The notes below the pieces were generated by a model, which did no database searches, was not told the origin of the DNA, and was given only the letters and a program-made list of their open reading frames with translations. Positions 13,543-23,531 of a DNA stretch of 24,000 nucleotides are shown here, piece after piece. Each line of letters begins with the position of its first letter. Position 1 is the stretch's first letter. Position numbers and translations under genes: made by a program. The DNA is from Candidatus Woesearchaeota archaeon (GTDB taxonomy: Archaea > Nanobdellota > Nanobdellia > Pacearchaeales > GW2011-AR1), in assembly GCA_964514585.1 (NCBI GenBank), contig CAZETU010000001.1:120901-144900 (forward strand), in the 5' to 3' direction.

Positions 13543-14900
13543 CTAATTTTGTAAAAGAAGAGGTTAAAGATATAAAAGGAATCGCTAGAAGATTTAAGCG
13601 AAGAGATTTTTCCGGGAATACTGGAAAGGTTATAAAAAATTCAACATATCAATTAATGTCTACGTTTGTCACAAAAGCGGGAAGCATTTTATTTACAATT
13701 ATTTTAGCACGATTTTTAATGGGAGCAGAACTTTTTGGGTTATATGGATTAGCCTTCTCAACGATTTTATTTCTTGGAATTTTTAATGATTTTGGGATTA
13801 GTTCAGCTCTAAACTTTTTTCTTTCAAAAAATATTGACAAAAACCCAGGAAAAGCAAAAGGATACTTCTATTATTTGACAAAATGGAAGATTGCATTCAT
13901 GATGTTAACAATTCTAACAATCATATTGATATCAAAAGGATTGGCATCAAGTTATCAAAAACCAATCTATCTTGCCATTTTAGCCGGAATTATATATTTG
14001 CCAGCAGCTATATTTTCAGCACATGTAATCCAAATTTTTACATCGACAAATAATTTTAAACCAATACTCGTCAAAGAAATAATTCTCCAAGTTTCAAGAC
14101 TAACAATTATTCCTTTAGGAATTATCTTCTTTCTTTCTAAGGTAAAATCTACCGACGCATATCTATTCTGGATTATAATTCTTTTATCATCGTGCCATTT
14201 AATTGCGGGGGCCTATCTATATTTCATTATCAAAAAAACCCAGCCATTTAAAAAACAGAATCCAATCAAATTATCAAAAAAAGAAAGAATAAATTTAAGA
14301 AAATTCATATTGCCATTAACAGTTACGGCTCTCTCTGGGACTTTTTTTGTATTTATCGACCAAATCATGTTAGGCCTTTACAAAATAACCGGAGAGATGC
14401 TAGGTTTTTATTATATATCAGTTAATTTAGTATCTTCAATATCAGTCATTATTGCATTTTCTGGCGCAGCAATATTTCCAATATTAACAAGAATAAAAGA
14501 TTCTAGACTCGAAAGAGGATTCAGAAAAAGTAAAAACATAACTCTAATAATATCGATTTTAGTTTTTATTCTTTCATTTTTATTAGCACCATTAATTATA
14601 AAAATTCTCTATGGGACAGAATATGTCGGAGCAATAATATATTTCCAAATTTTGTCTCTTCTGATAATAAGTTTCTCCATGACAAGTATTTATACAGCAT
14701 ATTATATGAGTCAAAAAAGGACAAGAATAATTTCCATATTAGTTGTATTGTCAACCGTTCTAAATATAGTTTTAAATTATGTATTCATAGGATTCGGTCT
14801 TCAATTTAGCATGTCTTACGCAGTCATAGGGGCCTGTATCGCAACGCTAATTAGTCAATACTTATATATGCTAACACTTATAATTTTTAGAAGAAGATGA
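13539..14900 (+). CDS. Polysaccharide biosynthesis protein / oligosaccharide flippase (Wzx-like, MOP superfamily)
   Basis: 453 aa with about 12 predicted TM segments, in the context of glycosyltransferase genes. Its start overlaps the upstream stop (ATGA). Confidence 0.75.
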   Translation: MTNFVKEEVKDIKGIARRFKRRDFSGNTGKVIKNSTYQLMSTFVTKAGSILFTIILARFLMGAELFGLYGLAFSTILFLGIFNDFGISSALNFFLSKNIDKNPGKAKGYFYYLTKWKIAFMMLTILTIILISKGLASSYQKPIYLAILAGIIYLPAAIFSAHVIQIFTSTNNFKPILVKEIILQVSRLTIIPLGIIFFLSKVKSTDAYLFWIIILLSSCHLIAGAYLYFIIKKTQPFKKQNPIKLSKKERINLRKFILPLTVTALSGTFFVFIDQIMLGLYKITGEMLGFYYISVNLVSSISVIIAFSGAAIFPILTRIKDSRLERGFRKSKNITLIISILVFILSFLLAPLIIKILYGTEYVGAIIYFQILSLLIISFSMTSIYTAYYMSQKRTRIISILVVLSTVLNIVLNYVFIGFGLQFSMSYAVIGACIATLISQYLYMLTLIIFRRR

Positions 14901-15616
14901 AAGAAAAGTTATTATTTCAAGATAAAAATGAAAACGACTTAATAGGATTTTTAAAACAAAACAAACAAACAAAAATTTTAAATTTTTTAAATCTACATGA
15001 ATTATACCAATTTAATAAAGAAAAAATCTACCAGAAGGCAGTCATCGAAAAGAACAACATAAATTTTATAGATGGATTTGTGATTTCTGCCTACCTATCA
15101 TTTAACAATATTAAAAGAGTCCCAAGGGTAAGGGGCCCAACTTTTACAAGAAGTTTTTTATCAAATCCAGATTTATCAAAAAATAAAAGACATTTTTTTA
15201 TCGGATTTGATAATAAGGATTTTAAAAATCTAAAAAAAAATTTTCCTCACCTAAAAAATATATCTTGCTACAATCCCCCTTATATTAAAAATCTAAAATT
15301 TTCAAAAAAAGAAATTAATAAAATATCAAAATTAATAAACAAATTCAAACCAGACTATGTGTGGGTTGGTATTGGGGCTTCAAAGCAGAATATTTTGTCA
15401 TCAGACCTCTCTAAAAAAACCACCGCACAATATTTTATTAATATAGGAGCAGCGCTAGATTTTTTAATAGGTAAAAAACGAGAAGCTCCATTAATTGTTA
15501 GGGAACTAGGGATAGAATGGTTTTATAGACTTGTGACAGATTTTAAGTATTCTAAGAAAAAAGTTTGGAGAAGTCTAATTGGATTAAAATATTTGAGGCA
15601 AGTGAAATTGCAATGA
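14897..15616 (+). CDS. WecB/TagA/CpsF family glycosyltransferase (GT26)
   Basis: Family-typical segments are present: …INFIDGFVIS…, …VGIGASKQN… and …GAALDFLIGKKREAPLIVRELGIEWFYRL…. Confidence 0.8.
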   Translation: MKEKLLFQDKNENDLIGFLKQNKQTKILNFLNLHELYQFNKEKIYQKAVIEKNNINFIDGFVISAYLSFNNIKRVPRVRGPTFTRSFLSNPDLSKNKRHFFIGFDNKDFKNLKKNFPHLKNISCYNPPYIKNLKFSKKEINKISKLINKFKPDYVWVGIGASKQNILSSDLSKKTTAQYFINIGAALDFLIGKKREAPLIVRELGIEWFYRLVTDFKYSKKKVWRSLIGLKYLRQVKLQ

Positions 15617-16707
15617 AAAAGAAAATCTTGTTCCTAAGTCCCTTGCCACCACCAAGTTATGGGAGTGCCCTCTCAAGTCAAGCAAATCTAGAAATATTAA
15701 AAAAAGATTTCGAAGTACATTCAATAAAACTCAATTTCGCCAAAAGCATGTCTAATATAGGAAAAATAGACCTGAGTAAAATCAGGGGAGTAATCAAGAC
15801 ATCAAAAAAAATAAAAGAAGAGATAAAATCATTTAATCCAGATATCATATATTTTGTTCCAGCAACTTATCAAATTGGACTATTTAGAGATTCTCATTAT
15901 GCATCCATTATAAGAAAATTAACAAGCAAAAAAATAATATTTCACATAAGAAGTCGAATACTAGAAAAGCATTGGAGAAATCCACTCTATAAATCAAGAT
16001 ACAAAAAAATGCTAAAAAATCAGAAAGCAATAGTTCTAGACGAATCATTAATATCAGATCTTCACGAATTAATATCTAAAGAAAGTATCAAAATCCTTTC
16101 GAATGCAATTCCGAATGCAATTCCAGAAACAAAGTTTAAAAAAATAGTTAAAAAAAGATTAAAACAAAATTCTTTCAACATATTATTTTTTTCAAATATG
16201 GACAAAACAAAGGGGTGGACAATTCTTCTCAAAGTTTGCAAGATTTTAAAAAATAAAGGAATAAAATTTGAATGTAACTTTGCTGGAGCATGGCCATCTA
16301 GAAAGGAAGAAAAAGAATTCAAAGATTTTGTAACTCAAAACAATCTCAAAGAAGTTAAACATCTGGGAAAATTAAGTCCAACAGAAAGGAACAATCTAAT
16401 GTCTAAATCGGATATTCTTGTTTATCCGACGACACTTGACACCTTTGGTCGCGTAATTGTAGAAGCAATGATGCTAGGTCTTCCAATAATAGCAAATGGG
16501 ATAGCAGCAATCACAACTACAATTCAGCATGGCAAAACAGGCTTCGTCTTGAAAGAAAATTCTCCAGAAGAGATTGTATCATACATAGAAAAACTTCAAG
16601 ATAAAAAACTAAGAAAAAAAATGGGGCTTGCGGGAAGAAAAAGATTTTTGAAAGAATATGAAATCAAAAAATACGAAAAGAAATTTTTGAAAATTATCAA
16701 TTCTTAA
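15613..16707 (+). CDS. Glycosyltransferase family 4 (GT-B fold)
   Basis: It has the N-terminal MKKKILFLSPLPPPSYG and the C-terminal …SDILVYPTTLDTFGRVIVEAMMLGLPIIA… (E-x7-E-like region). I prefer the ATG at 15613, which overlaps the GT26 stop. Confidence 0.8.
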   Translation: MKKKILFLSPLPPPSYGSALSSQANLEILKKDFEVHSIKLNFAKSMSNIGKIDLSKIRGVIKTSKKIKEEIKSFNPDIIYFVPATYQIGLFRDSHYASIIRKLTSKKIIFHIRSRILEKHWRNPLYKSRYKKMLKNQKAIVLDESLISDLHELISKESIKILSNAIPNAIPETKFKKIVKKRLKQNSFNILFFSNMDKTKGWTILLKVCKILKNKGIKFECNFAGAWPSRKEEKEFKDFVTQNNLKEVKHLGKLSPTERNNLMSKSDILVYPTTLDTFGRVIVEAMMLGLPIIANGIAAITTTIQHGKTGFVLKENSPEEIVSYIEKLQDKKLRKKMGLAGRKRFLKEYEIKKYEKKFLKIINS

Positions 16708-18502
16708 TCCAATATTTATACCAAGAATAAAACAAAAATAATCTGATTTTGTAATTATTGGTAACGATATTATTGTTAAGAAAAATTTCCTCCAAGTAAA
16801 ATTTTTCCCACTCTTTAGATAAAACTCCGACATCAACCAATTCTTTCAAAATAGATTTCAACTCATTTTCATAAGATTTCCTTTGCATCCATTCTCCAAT
16901 TGGAGGAGTAAATCCCTGTTTCTTTTTGTTAATTATTTCTCTAGGTAAAAATTTGGACACAATTTCTCTAAAGAAAGTTTTTTCTCCAAATAATGAGACC
17001 TTATATTTAGTAGGCAATTTCATAGAATACTCTATCAGTCTATAATCTAAGAATGGACAACGAACCTCCAGCGAATTAATCATCGAAGCTCTATCAACCT
17101 TTGTTAAAAAATTATCTGGCAAAGTATAAAAATAAATATCCATAAGTCGCACAGCCTCAACTAAATTCCCATTAGTTTTTGTAAGACATTTTTTCAACTG
17201 GGTAGACAAAAGTTCTCTAGCTATCTTAGGCTTATAATAACTTTTTCTAGCTTCAGAATAAAAAGATTCTTTAGAGAGTAGACTTAATCTGATACCCTCC
17301 TTTAATCTTTCAATAGGTAAGAGCATTAAGATTTTTCTAAAAAACCTAGGCAACTTTCTTAGAATTTCCATTTGGTAAGCCATTTTATATCGAGGATATC
17401 CCCCAAATATTTCATCACCACCGTCTCCACTTAAAGATACGGTTAACTTCTCCCTCGCAAATTTTGACAACATTCTCGAAGGGAACATGGAATAATCAGC
17501 AAAAGGCTCATCATAATAATAAAAAATATCTTTTAACATTTCCTGAAAATTTTTTTCTTTGAAATATTTATGATGATGATCCGTGCCGAGATGCTTCTCT
17601 AAAATATTTATTCTGGGAGTTTCGTCTAGAGACCCATCAAAACCAATAGAATAAGTATTGATATTTTTATTGAATTTTTTAGAATAATTAACAATCGTAG
17701 AAGAATCGAGTCCACCACTCAAAAAAGCCCCAAGAGGAACATCGGAAATCATCCTCAATTTTATAGAATCAGTCATTAGCTCATCAAATTCTTTTTTCAA
17801 GCTAGCTTTATCATTAACTGGATCAAAATCAGGCCAATCATAATATTTTTTCTTAGTCAACATTTTTTCATTCAAATCAAAAATCAAAGACTCTCTTTGT
17901 TCTAATTTTTGAATATTTTTATAAATAGAATAAGGAGCCGGTATAAACCCCAAAGAAAAATACAAGTCCACAGCATTTTGGTTTAACTCAATTTTTAGCT
18001 CATGTTTTAGTATTCCCTTTATTTCCGAAGAAAAAACGAATTTATTTTTATCAAAATAGTAATACAGGGGCTTTTTGCCAACCCTGTCTCGAGATAAAAA
18101 TAAAATATTTTTTTGCGGATCAAAAATACAAAACGCCCACATCCCATTAAATCTATCAACACAACCCTCGCCCCACTCTAAGTATGCAGCAAGTATTACC
18201 TCCGTGTCAGAAGCCGATTTAAATTTATATCCCTTAGAGACTAACTCTTTTTTAATTTCCAAAAAATTATAAATTTCACCATTAAAAGTTATCGTAACAT
18301 TTTTACCCCGATGAGAATGCGTCATAGGTTGAGTTGCATTCTCAGAGAGATCAATTATTGATAAACGCCTTTGTCCCAAGGAAAGTTTGCATTTTTTATC
18401 AAAAAATTCTCCTGACATATCAGGACCCCTATGGACAAGGGAGTCATTCATTTTCTTTAGAATAGATTTGTTTATAAAATTAAAGCCATTTATTCCGCAC
18501 AT
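16697..18502 (-). CDS. asnB: Asparagine synthase (glutamine-hydrolysing) family amidotransferase
   Basis: The N-terminal nucleophile MCGI and the PP-loop SGGLDSS are present. 601 aa. Its 3' end overlaps the convergent GT4 gene by 11 nt. Confidence 0.9.
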   Translation of the reverse strand: MCGINGFNFINKSILKKMNDSLVHRGPDMSGEFFDKKCKLSLGQRRLSIIDLSENATQPMTHSHRGKNVTITFNGEIYNFLEIKKELVSKGYKFKSASDTEVILAAYLEWGEGCVDRFNGMWAFCIFDPQKNILFLSRDRVGKKPLYYYFDKNKFVFSSEIKGILKHELKIELNQNAVDLYFSLGFIPAPYSIYKNIQKLEQRESLIFDLNEKMLTKKKYYDWPDFDPVNDKASLKKEFDELMTDSIKLRMISDVPLGAFLSGGLDSSTIVNYSKKFNKNINTYSIGFDGSLDETPRINILEKHLGTDHHHKYFKEKNFQEMLKDIFYYYDEPFADYSMFPSRMLSKFAREKLTVSLSGDGGDEIFGGYPRYKMAYQMEILRKLPRFFRKILMLLPIERLKEGIRLSLLSKESFYSEARKSYYKPKIARELLSTQLKKCLTKTNGNLVEAVRLMDIYFYTLPDNFLTKVDRASMINSLEVRCPFLDYRLIEYSMKLPTKYKVSLFGEKTFFREIVSKFLPREIINKKKQGFTPPIGEWMQRKSYENELKSILKELVDVGVLSKEWEKFYLEEIFLNNNIVTNNYKIRLFLFYSWYKYWIKN

Positions 18503-18536
18503 AAAAAATTAAGAATTAAAGATTATTTAAGAGTAT

Positions 18537-19415
18537 CTAGGGATTATCAAACTCTGCTACTAACAGCCACCCATAATTATCCTTAATCCATTGCTCAATA
18601 TTTCTAGGAACCAAGGGCAGCATTTTAAAGCCCATATGAGTGACCGATATTTTAACATTCTTAAATCCAATTTTTTCTAATTCTCTTTTCAATTCCCTCG
18701 GAGTAAAATGCCTATGATAATATCCATCCGTATAAAAATCCTGAACCTTTTCCAAATCATAACCTCTGAATATTTTTCCTTTCAAAAAAAGCCAATTTAA
18801 TCCATTAATATAATACCTTGCACTATTCTTATTGTATACCATAATCAACCCTCTTCCCCCTTTCTTAAGAACCCTTGAAACATTTTTGAACGCTTTAATC
18901 GTATTCTTAGAATGATGAAGAACCCCCCATGAAAAAACAAAATCAAAAGAACCATCCTTAAATGTCATTTTTTCTGCATCTTGATTCAATGCTCTAACCT
19001 TTACTCCTTGAGTTTCAGCATTTAATTTTGTAATTTCTATAGCTTGTTTTGTAATGTCCACCGCCGTCACATTTGCTCCAGACTTTGCAAACAAACAACT
19101 CCCAGCACCAGACCCACATCCAATTTCCAAAACCGACTTCCTTCGAAATTTAGTAAAATCAAAATTACCCAAGAATTTACTATTCAATAACTCTTTTTCT
19201 GCAAAAAGAAACTCTTTTTTCGTCTTGGGAATTCTTTCTTTATCTTCCCATTCTTGATAAGTCATAGGCAGAGATTCCCACCACAATCGATTTTTCTCCT
19301 GATCATTTTCCAATTTAGACAAATCGTCTATCCTTTTTTTGAAAACCCTTACTTTATTTTTCATGTTAAATAATGAGAATCTCCCTTTATTAAATTTTAT
19401 AGTATTTAGAATCAT
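18537..19415 (-). CDS. Class I SAM-dependent methyltransferase
   Basis: Motif I VLEIGCGSGAGS and the post-I acidic residue VTAVD are present. An alternative start at Met18 (19364) would remove the 26-nt overlap with the GT2 gene. Confidence 0.8.
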   Translation of the reverse strand: MILNTIKFNKGRFSLFNMKNKVRVFKKRIDDLSKLENDQEKNRLWWESLPMTYQEWEDKERIPKTKKEFLFAEKELLNSKFLGNFDFTKFRRKSVLEIGCGSGAGSCLFAKSGANVTAVDITKQAIEITKLNAETQGVKVRALNQDAEKMTFKDGSFDFVFSWGVLHHSKNTIKAFKNVSRVLKKGGRGLIMVYNKNSARYYINGLNWLFLKGKIFRGYDLEKVQDFYTDGYYHRHFTPRELKRELEKIGFKNVKISVTHMGFKMLPLVPRNIEQWIKDNYGWLLVAEFDNP

Positions 19416-20322
19416 TAAATTTTATAGCTCTAGTAAATAAACCATCAATTAATCCCCTGAAGTATTTTTTAAGAACAGTCAGTTTATTGGACTGCCTCAA
19501 AGAAATATAAATATTTTTAATATTTTTAATAAAAAATAAATTCATTATGAAGACAAAAAATTCCCTATTGGTTGCATGAATTCTTTCCAGCCAAATCATA
19601 TTTCTAGTGGAGTAATATGCTTTAAAACCAGAAACTCTTCCAGACGATGCAGCCCCTTTGTGCCAAATTTTTGCAGCTGGATTAATGAAAAACTTATATC
19701 CAGATTTTTTTATTCTAAGTGCCAACTCTATTTCTTCGCCATAAGCGAAAAACTTTTCATTAAAAAATCCAGATTTTTTAACCATATCAGATCTGACTAG
19801 CCAACATGATGCCGATGTATAATCAACGCAAAAAGGAGCTTTCCGCAATTTAATTTGTTGCAGATCACGATCCCATGGTTCACCTCCGCCCTTCTTTAAA
19901 TTAAATTTTCCTGGAGAGTCTGTTTCCCCAAGAACATTTTTATCATAGTAATTAAAAACCATAGGAGAAACTACCCCAATTTTATCATCACTCAACATAG
20001 TGTTAAGTAATTTTAACAAAAAATCTTTATCAACCACAGTGTCATTATTTAAAATCATAAAATATTCAAATCCAGAGCCTAAAGCCTTTTTAATCCCCAA
20101 ATTATTACCCAAAGCAAACCCCAGATTGTTCTTATTTGATATAAATTCTATTTTTCTATTTTTTATTTGCTTGAGTTTCTTTATCGAATCATCATTAGAC
20201 CCATTGTCTATTAAGAATATTTTATAATTCTTGAAATTATTCCTCTTGATGCTTTTTAGGCACTCAATCGTGTCTTCCGACCCATTCCAATTCAATATAA
20301 TTATAGCTATCTTTTTACTCAT
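19390..20322 (-). CDS. Glycosyltransferase family 2
   Basis: IAIIILNWNGSEDTIECLKSI…LIDNGSNDDS…NLGFALGNNLG…LNNDTVV is the classic GT-A/GT2 N-terminal pattern. Confidence 0.85.
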   Translation of the reverse strand: MSKKIAIIILNWNGSEDTIECLKSIKRNNFKNYKIFLIDNGSNDDSIKKLKQIKNRKIEFISNKNNLGFALGNNLGIKKALGSGFEYFMILNNDTVVDKDFLLKLLNTMLSDDKIGVVSPMVFNYYDKNVLGETDSPGKFNLKKGGGEPWDRDLQQIKLRKAPFCVDYTSASCWLVRSDMVKKSGFFNEKFFAYGEEIELALRIKKSGYKFFINPAAKIWHKGAASSGRVSGFKAYYSTRNMIWLERIHATNREFFVFIMNLFFIKNIKNIYISLRQSNKLTVLKKYFRGLIDGLFTRAIKFNDSKYYKI

Positions 20323-20438
20323 CTCAATAGATACATGTTTTATTTTTTAAAGATATAGATTGCCATATGTCTAATATATTTGAATAGGCATGTTTCCAGA
20401 ATATAAATTTTAATAAACCCAAATAAGTAGACAAAAAC

Positions 20439-20897
20439 ATGAAGCTAAATTTTATTTTGGATATCGACGGAGTGATGACAACAGGGCAATTCTTATATTC
20501 AAAAGATGGCAAGTCCCATAAAATTTTTGGATCCCATGATTCCGACGGACTAAAATTAATCAAAGACAAAGTTAATATTTTATTTATAACTGCAGATAAA
20601 AGAGGATTCCCTATTTCGAAAAAAAGAATTGAGGATATGGATCACCCTATAAAACTTATAACCGAACAAGATAGATATTCTTACATAAAAGAAAATTTTG
20701 GATTTGAAAATACTATATTCATGGGAGACGGCATCTTTGATGCACCATTACTAAAAGATTGTAAATTTGGCATTGCTCCTGCAAATGCAAGGATTGAAGC
20801 AAAAAAGACCGCCGACTTTGTAACTCCCTCTAAATCTGCAGAAGGCGCCGTTTGTGATGCATGTATAAAAGTGGATAGATTATTTTTTAGAAATTAA
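20439..20897 (+). CDS. KdsC-family HAD-IIIA sugar-phosphate phosphatase (KDO-8-P / nonulosonate-9-P phosphatase-like)
   Basis: LDIDGVMTTG…SHDSDGLKLI…FMGDGIFDAPLLKDCKFGIAPANA… and a length of 152 aa are typical of the YrbI/KdsC family. Confidence 0.8.
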   Translation: MKLNFILDIDGVMTTGQFLYSKDGKSHKIFGSHDSDGLKLIKDKVNILFITADKRGFPISKKRIEDMDHPIKLITEQDRYSYIKENFGFENTIFMGDGIFDAPLLKDCKFGIAPANARIEAKKTADFVTPSKSAEGAVCDACIKVDRLFFRN

Positions 20898-20969
20898 ATT
20901 TATCACTCATATTATAATCTCCACATCCTTTACTCTCAAATAGTTTATCTAAATTGAGTTTTAGTAGAC

Positions 20970-21443
20970 TTGTTTAATAATACCCCTCTGAATAATATAA
21001 AACTATATATAAGGAGAATCTTGGATAATTCAATGAGAGATAGTCCGATGAGAGTCATGTTCGTTTATCATAATCAAGTTGAAGATGGATTTATGCCCCA
21101 GGCCATTGCTGTCCTTGGGGGGATGATGAGAGATCATAACATAGAAACAAAATTATTTGATACAACACTTTATCGAGATAAAGACTCACACCTTGCTAGA
21201 ACAGATAGAGAGCTTAGAGAAAGTCAGGCAAAAGGAGGATATCAGAAAGTTGAGGGGTTTGATCATACGAGAGAAGTGGTTGACTTAGCGGGTAAATTCT
21301 ATGAAGAAGTAGAAAAATATAAACCAGATTTAATCGCTGCTACTTCAACTTCTTTTGAATTCGGATCCTTGACTAGATTCATTCTTCCTGCAAAAAGAGC
21401 TTTTGAGGTCCCAGTAATTGTTGGGGCTCGCATGCCACTGTAG
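20970..21443 (+). CDS. B12-binding-domain N-terminal fragment of a radical SAM enzyme (interrupted by a frameshift)
   Basis: …MRVMFVYHN…KPDLIAATSTS…VPVIVG then a premature stop. The real start is probably Met22 or Met27 (21033/21048). Confidence 0.65.
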   Translation: MFNNTPLNNIKLYIRRILDNSMRDSPMRVMFVYHNQVEDGFMPQAIAVLGGMMRDHNIETKLFDTTLYRDKDSHLARTDRELRESQAKGGYQKVEGFDHTREVVDLAGKFYEEVEKYKPDLIAATSTSFEFGSLTRFILPAKRAFEVPVIVGARMPL

Positions 21444-22462
21444 TGCCATATGAAGCAATTCAAAATCCGGCGGTAGATTACGTTTGTGTAGGAGAAGGAG
21501 AAAGGCCCCTTTTGAGCTTAGTAAGGGGGTTGGAGGGAAATGTGGATACCTCAAAAATTCCCAACCTCGTTGTAAAAAAACAAGGAAGAATTATTACCAA
21601 TTCTCGTTTCCCCATTCTTACAATGGATGAAACTCCAGATGCAGATTGGGATTTATTGGGAGAACTACATAGAATTCGCCCATTCGAAGGGAAATTAAAA
21701 AAATATGGTTGGTTTGAAACAAGTAGAGGATGTCCACACGAATGTAGTTATTGTATTAATTCAGCATTACACGGCATGGAGGCCCCCGGGGAAATTCAAC
21801 CAGGAGATTATAGATTTTTTAGCCAAGATAAAATTATTAGTAGAATGGTGGCAAAGAAAGAGAGATATGGGTATGATCATGTCCAACTTATTGATGAAAA
21901 TCTGGCCGCCAGGCCCCAAAGAGAACTAGAAAAACTTGCAGAGGCATTCAAAGAGAATGTTGGAGTCGGGTTTTTTACTCAGAGTCGTCCTGAGCAATTT
22001 ATCGGGAGGTCAAAGAAGGCCAAAATCATGGCCGAAATGGGTTGTGAGATGGTTGCCATGGGAATGGAGTCTGGAAGTGAATCGTTGAGAAAAAATGTAT
22101 TAAATAGACCGATGAAAGACGGGATAATTGAAGAGGCAGTGGACGCCTTAAGAAAAGAGGGGATAAAAGTTGCCGGTTATTATATAATGGGATTCCCTGG
22201 AGAAACAAGAGAAATGATAGAGGAAACAATTGCTTTGCATAAAAGAGTTCAACCAGATAGATTTTCTGTCAGATTTTTACATCCATTTCCTGGGACCACA
22301 ATCAGGGAATTGTGTATCGAGAAAGGTTATCTATCACCGGATTTTGAATCCAGAAACCAGGACGCAAGCTTTTTTAAAGATCCAGTTTTAAATCTTCCCT
22401 CTCCTCCACATCCATCAAGAGAAGAATTATTTGAACTACAAGCAAAACTACAAAATAGCTAA
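21443..22462 (+). CDS. Radical SAM domain portion of the same B12-binding radical SAM enzyme
   Basis: It carries the CxxxCxxC cluster motif GCPHECSYC. The frame is open back to 21407 and there encodes GSHATVVPYEAI, the continuation of the B12-domain GGxHxT motif. Confidence 0.8.
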   Translation: MPYEAIQNPAVDYVCVGEGERPLLSLVRGLEGNVDTSKIPNLVVKKQGRIITNSRFPILTMDETPDADWDLLGELHRIRPFEGKLKKYGWFETSRGCPHECSYCINSALHGMEAPGEIQPGDYRFFSQDKIISRMVAKKERYGYDHVQLIDENLAARPQRELEKLAEAFKENVGVGFFTQSRPEQFIGRSKKAKIMAEMGCEMVAMGMESGSESLRKNVLNRPMKDGIIEEAVDALRKEGIKVAGYYIMGFPGETREMIEETIALHKRVQPDRFSVRFLHPFPGTTIRELCIEKGYLSPDFESRNQDASFFKDPVLNLPSPPHPSREELFELQAKLQNS

Positions 22463-22565
22463 TTATTTCACAAAAATTCTCTTCTTATTTTTTCTTCAAT
22501 ACTTTTTGCATCTAATTCAAATTTTTTATAAAGATTTTCAAAGTAAATATATTAGTTTACCTCAA

Positions 22566-23531
22566 TTATTTGAAAAATAAATCCTTCTGTCTTGCGTTTT
22601 TATAAAAATTGAGAGAAGTTCTTAGTATTCCTTCAATATCCAATCCATGTTTTTTGTATAAATCCTCTGGAGCTCCACTTTCACCAAACCCCTCGATTCC
22701 AATACTTTTCATAGGAACCCCAACGCCATTTTTAGCAATTATTTCGGAAACAATAGTGCCTAGTCCCCCTACTATTGAATGATCTTCCACCACCACAATA
22801 CATCTGGATCTTTTGGCGTAATTAAGAATCGTTTCTTCATCGATTGGCTTCAGAGTGGAGATGCTAATCACCGATGATTCAACGCCCTCCTTGTGTAATT
22901 CTTCTGCAGCCATTAAAGAATTATATACGGTATCCCCACTTGCTATAAACGTTAAATCTCTGCCTTCCCTAAGTACTGTAGCTTTGTTAAATTCAAATTT
23001 ATGTTCTTCAGGCAAGACCAAAGGGGAAGGAGTTCTTGATAATCTCAAATAAGCTAAATTGTTAGTCTTAAGTAAATAATCGGTTATTTGTTGCGCTTCT
23101 CGGGCATCTGCTGGCTGAAAAATTTCCATTCTAGGAATCCCCCTCATTACATTAATATCAGTAATTCCCATCTGTGTTTGCCCATCCTTTCCTATTGCTA
23201 ACCCAGAATGAGTTCCTACGACTAAAGCACCCACATCGTTATATCCAAGAGAAACCAATATTTGCTCATAAGCCCTACTCGTAATAAAAGCTCCAAAACT
23301 TGGGATAACTGGTCTTAAGCCTTCAATTGCCACACCTCCAGCCATACTAATAGCATTCTGTTCTTGAATCCCAACTTCGCAAAACCTATCAGGAAACTTT
23401 TTTGCAAATTCATTTGTTTTTGTTGCTCCAGTTAAATCACAGCCAAAAACAATTATTCTTGGGTCATCGCCGTTTCTTAACAATGACTTACCAAAGCCAT
23501 CTCTAGTAGCAACTCTATTTAATTCTTCCAT
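22566..23531 (-). CDS. Transketolase, C-terminal (pyrimidine-binding + C-terminal domain) subunit
   Basis: …FPDRFCEVGIQEQNAISMAGGVA…PSFGAFI…VGTHSGL…GQTQMG…DINVMRGIP… are typical of the split-transketolase B subunit. Confidence 0.9.
   Translation of the reverse strand: MEELNRVATRDGFGKSLLRNGDDPRIIVFGCDLTGATKTNEFAKKFPDRFCEVGIQEQNAISMAGGVAIEGLRPVIPSFGAFITSRAYEQILVSLGYNDVGALVVGTHSGLAIGKDGQTQMGITDINVMRGIPRMEIFQPADAREAQQITDYLLKTNNLAYLRLSRTPSPLVLPEEHKFEFNKATVLREGRDLTFIASGDTVYNSLMAAEELHKEGVESSVISISTLKPIDEETILNYAKRSRCIVVVEDHSIVGGLGTIVSEIIAKNGVGVPMKSIGIEGFGESGAPEDLYKKHGLDIEGILRTSLNFYKNARQKDLFFK

Noticed and set aside
15232-15240. A9 homopolymer inside the GT26 gene as a phase-variation tract
   Set aside because: The gene is in frame as it stands, and A/T runs are common in DNA this AT-rich. 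There is no evidence of length heterogeneity.
21345-21554. 69-aa minus-strand ORF spanning the radical SAM frameshift site
   Set aside because: It is antisense to the coding sequence on both sides of the frameshift. The plus-strand motif continuity (VGGSHAT) explains the region better.
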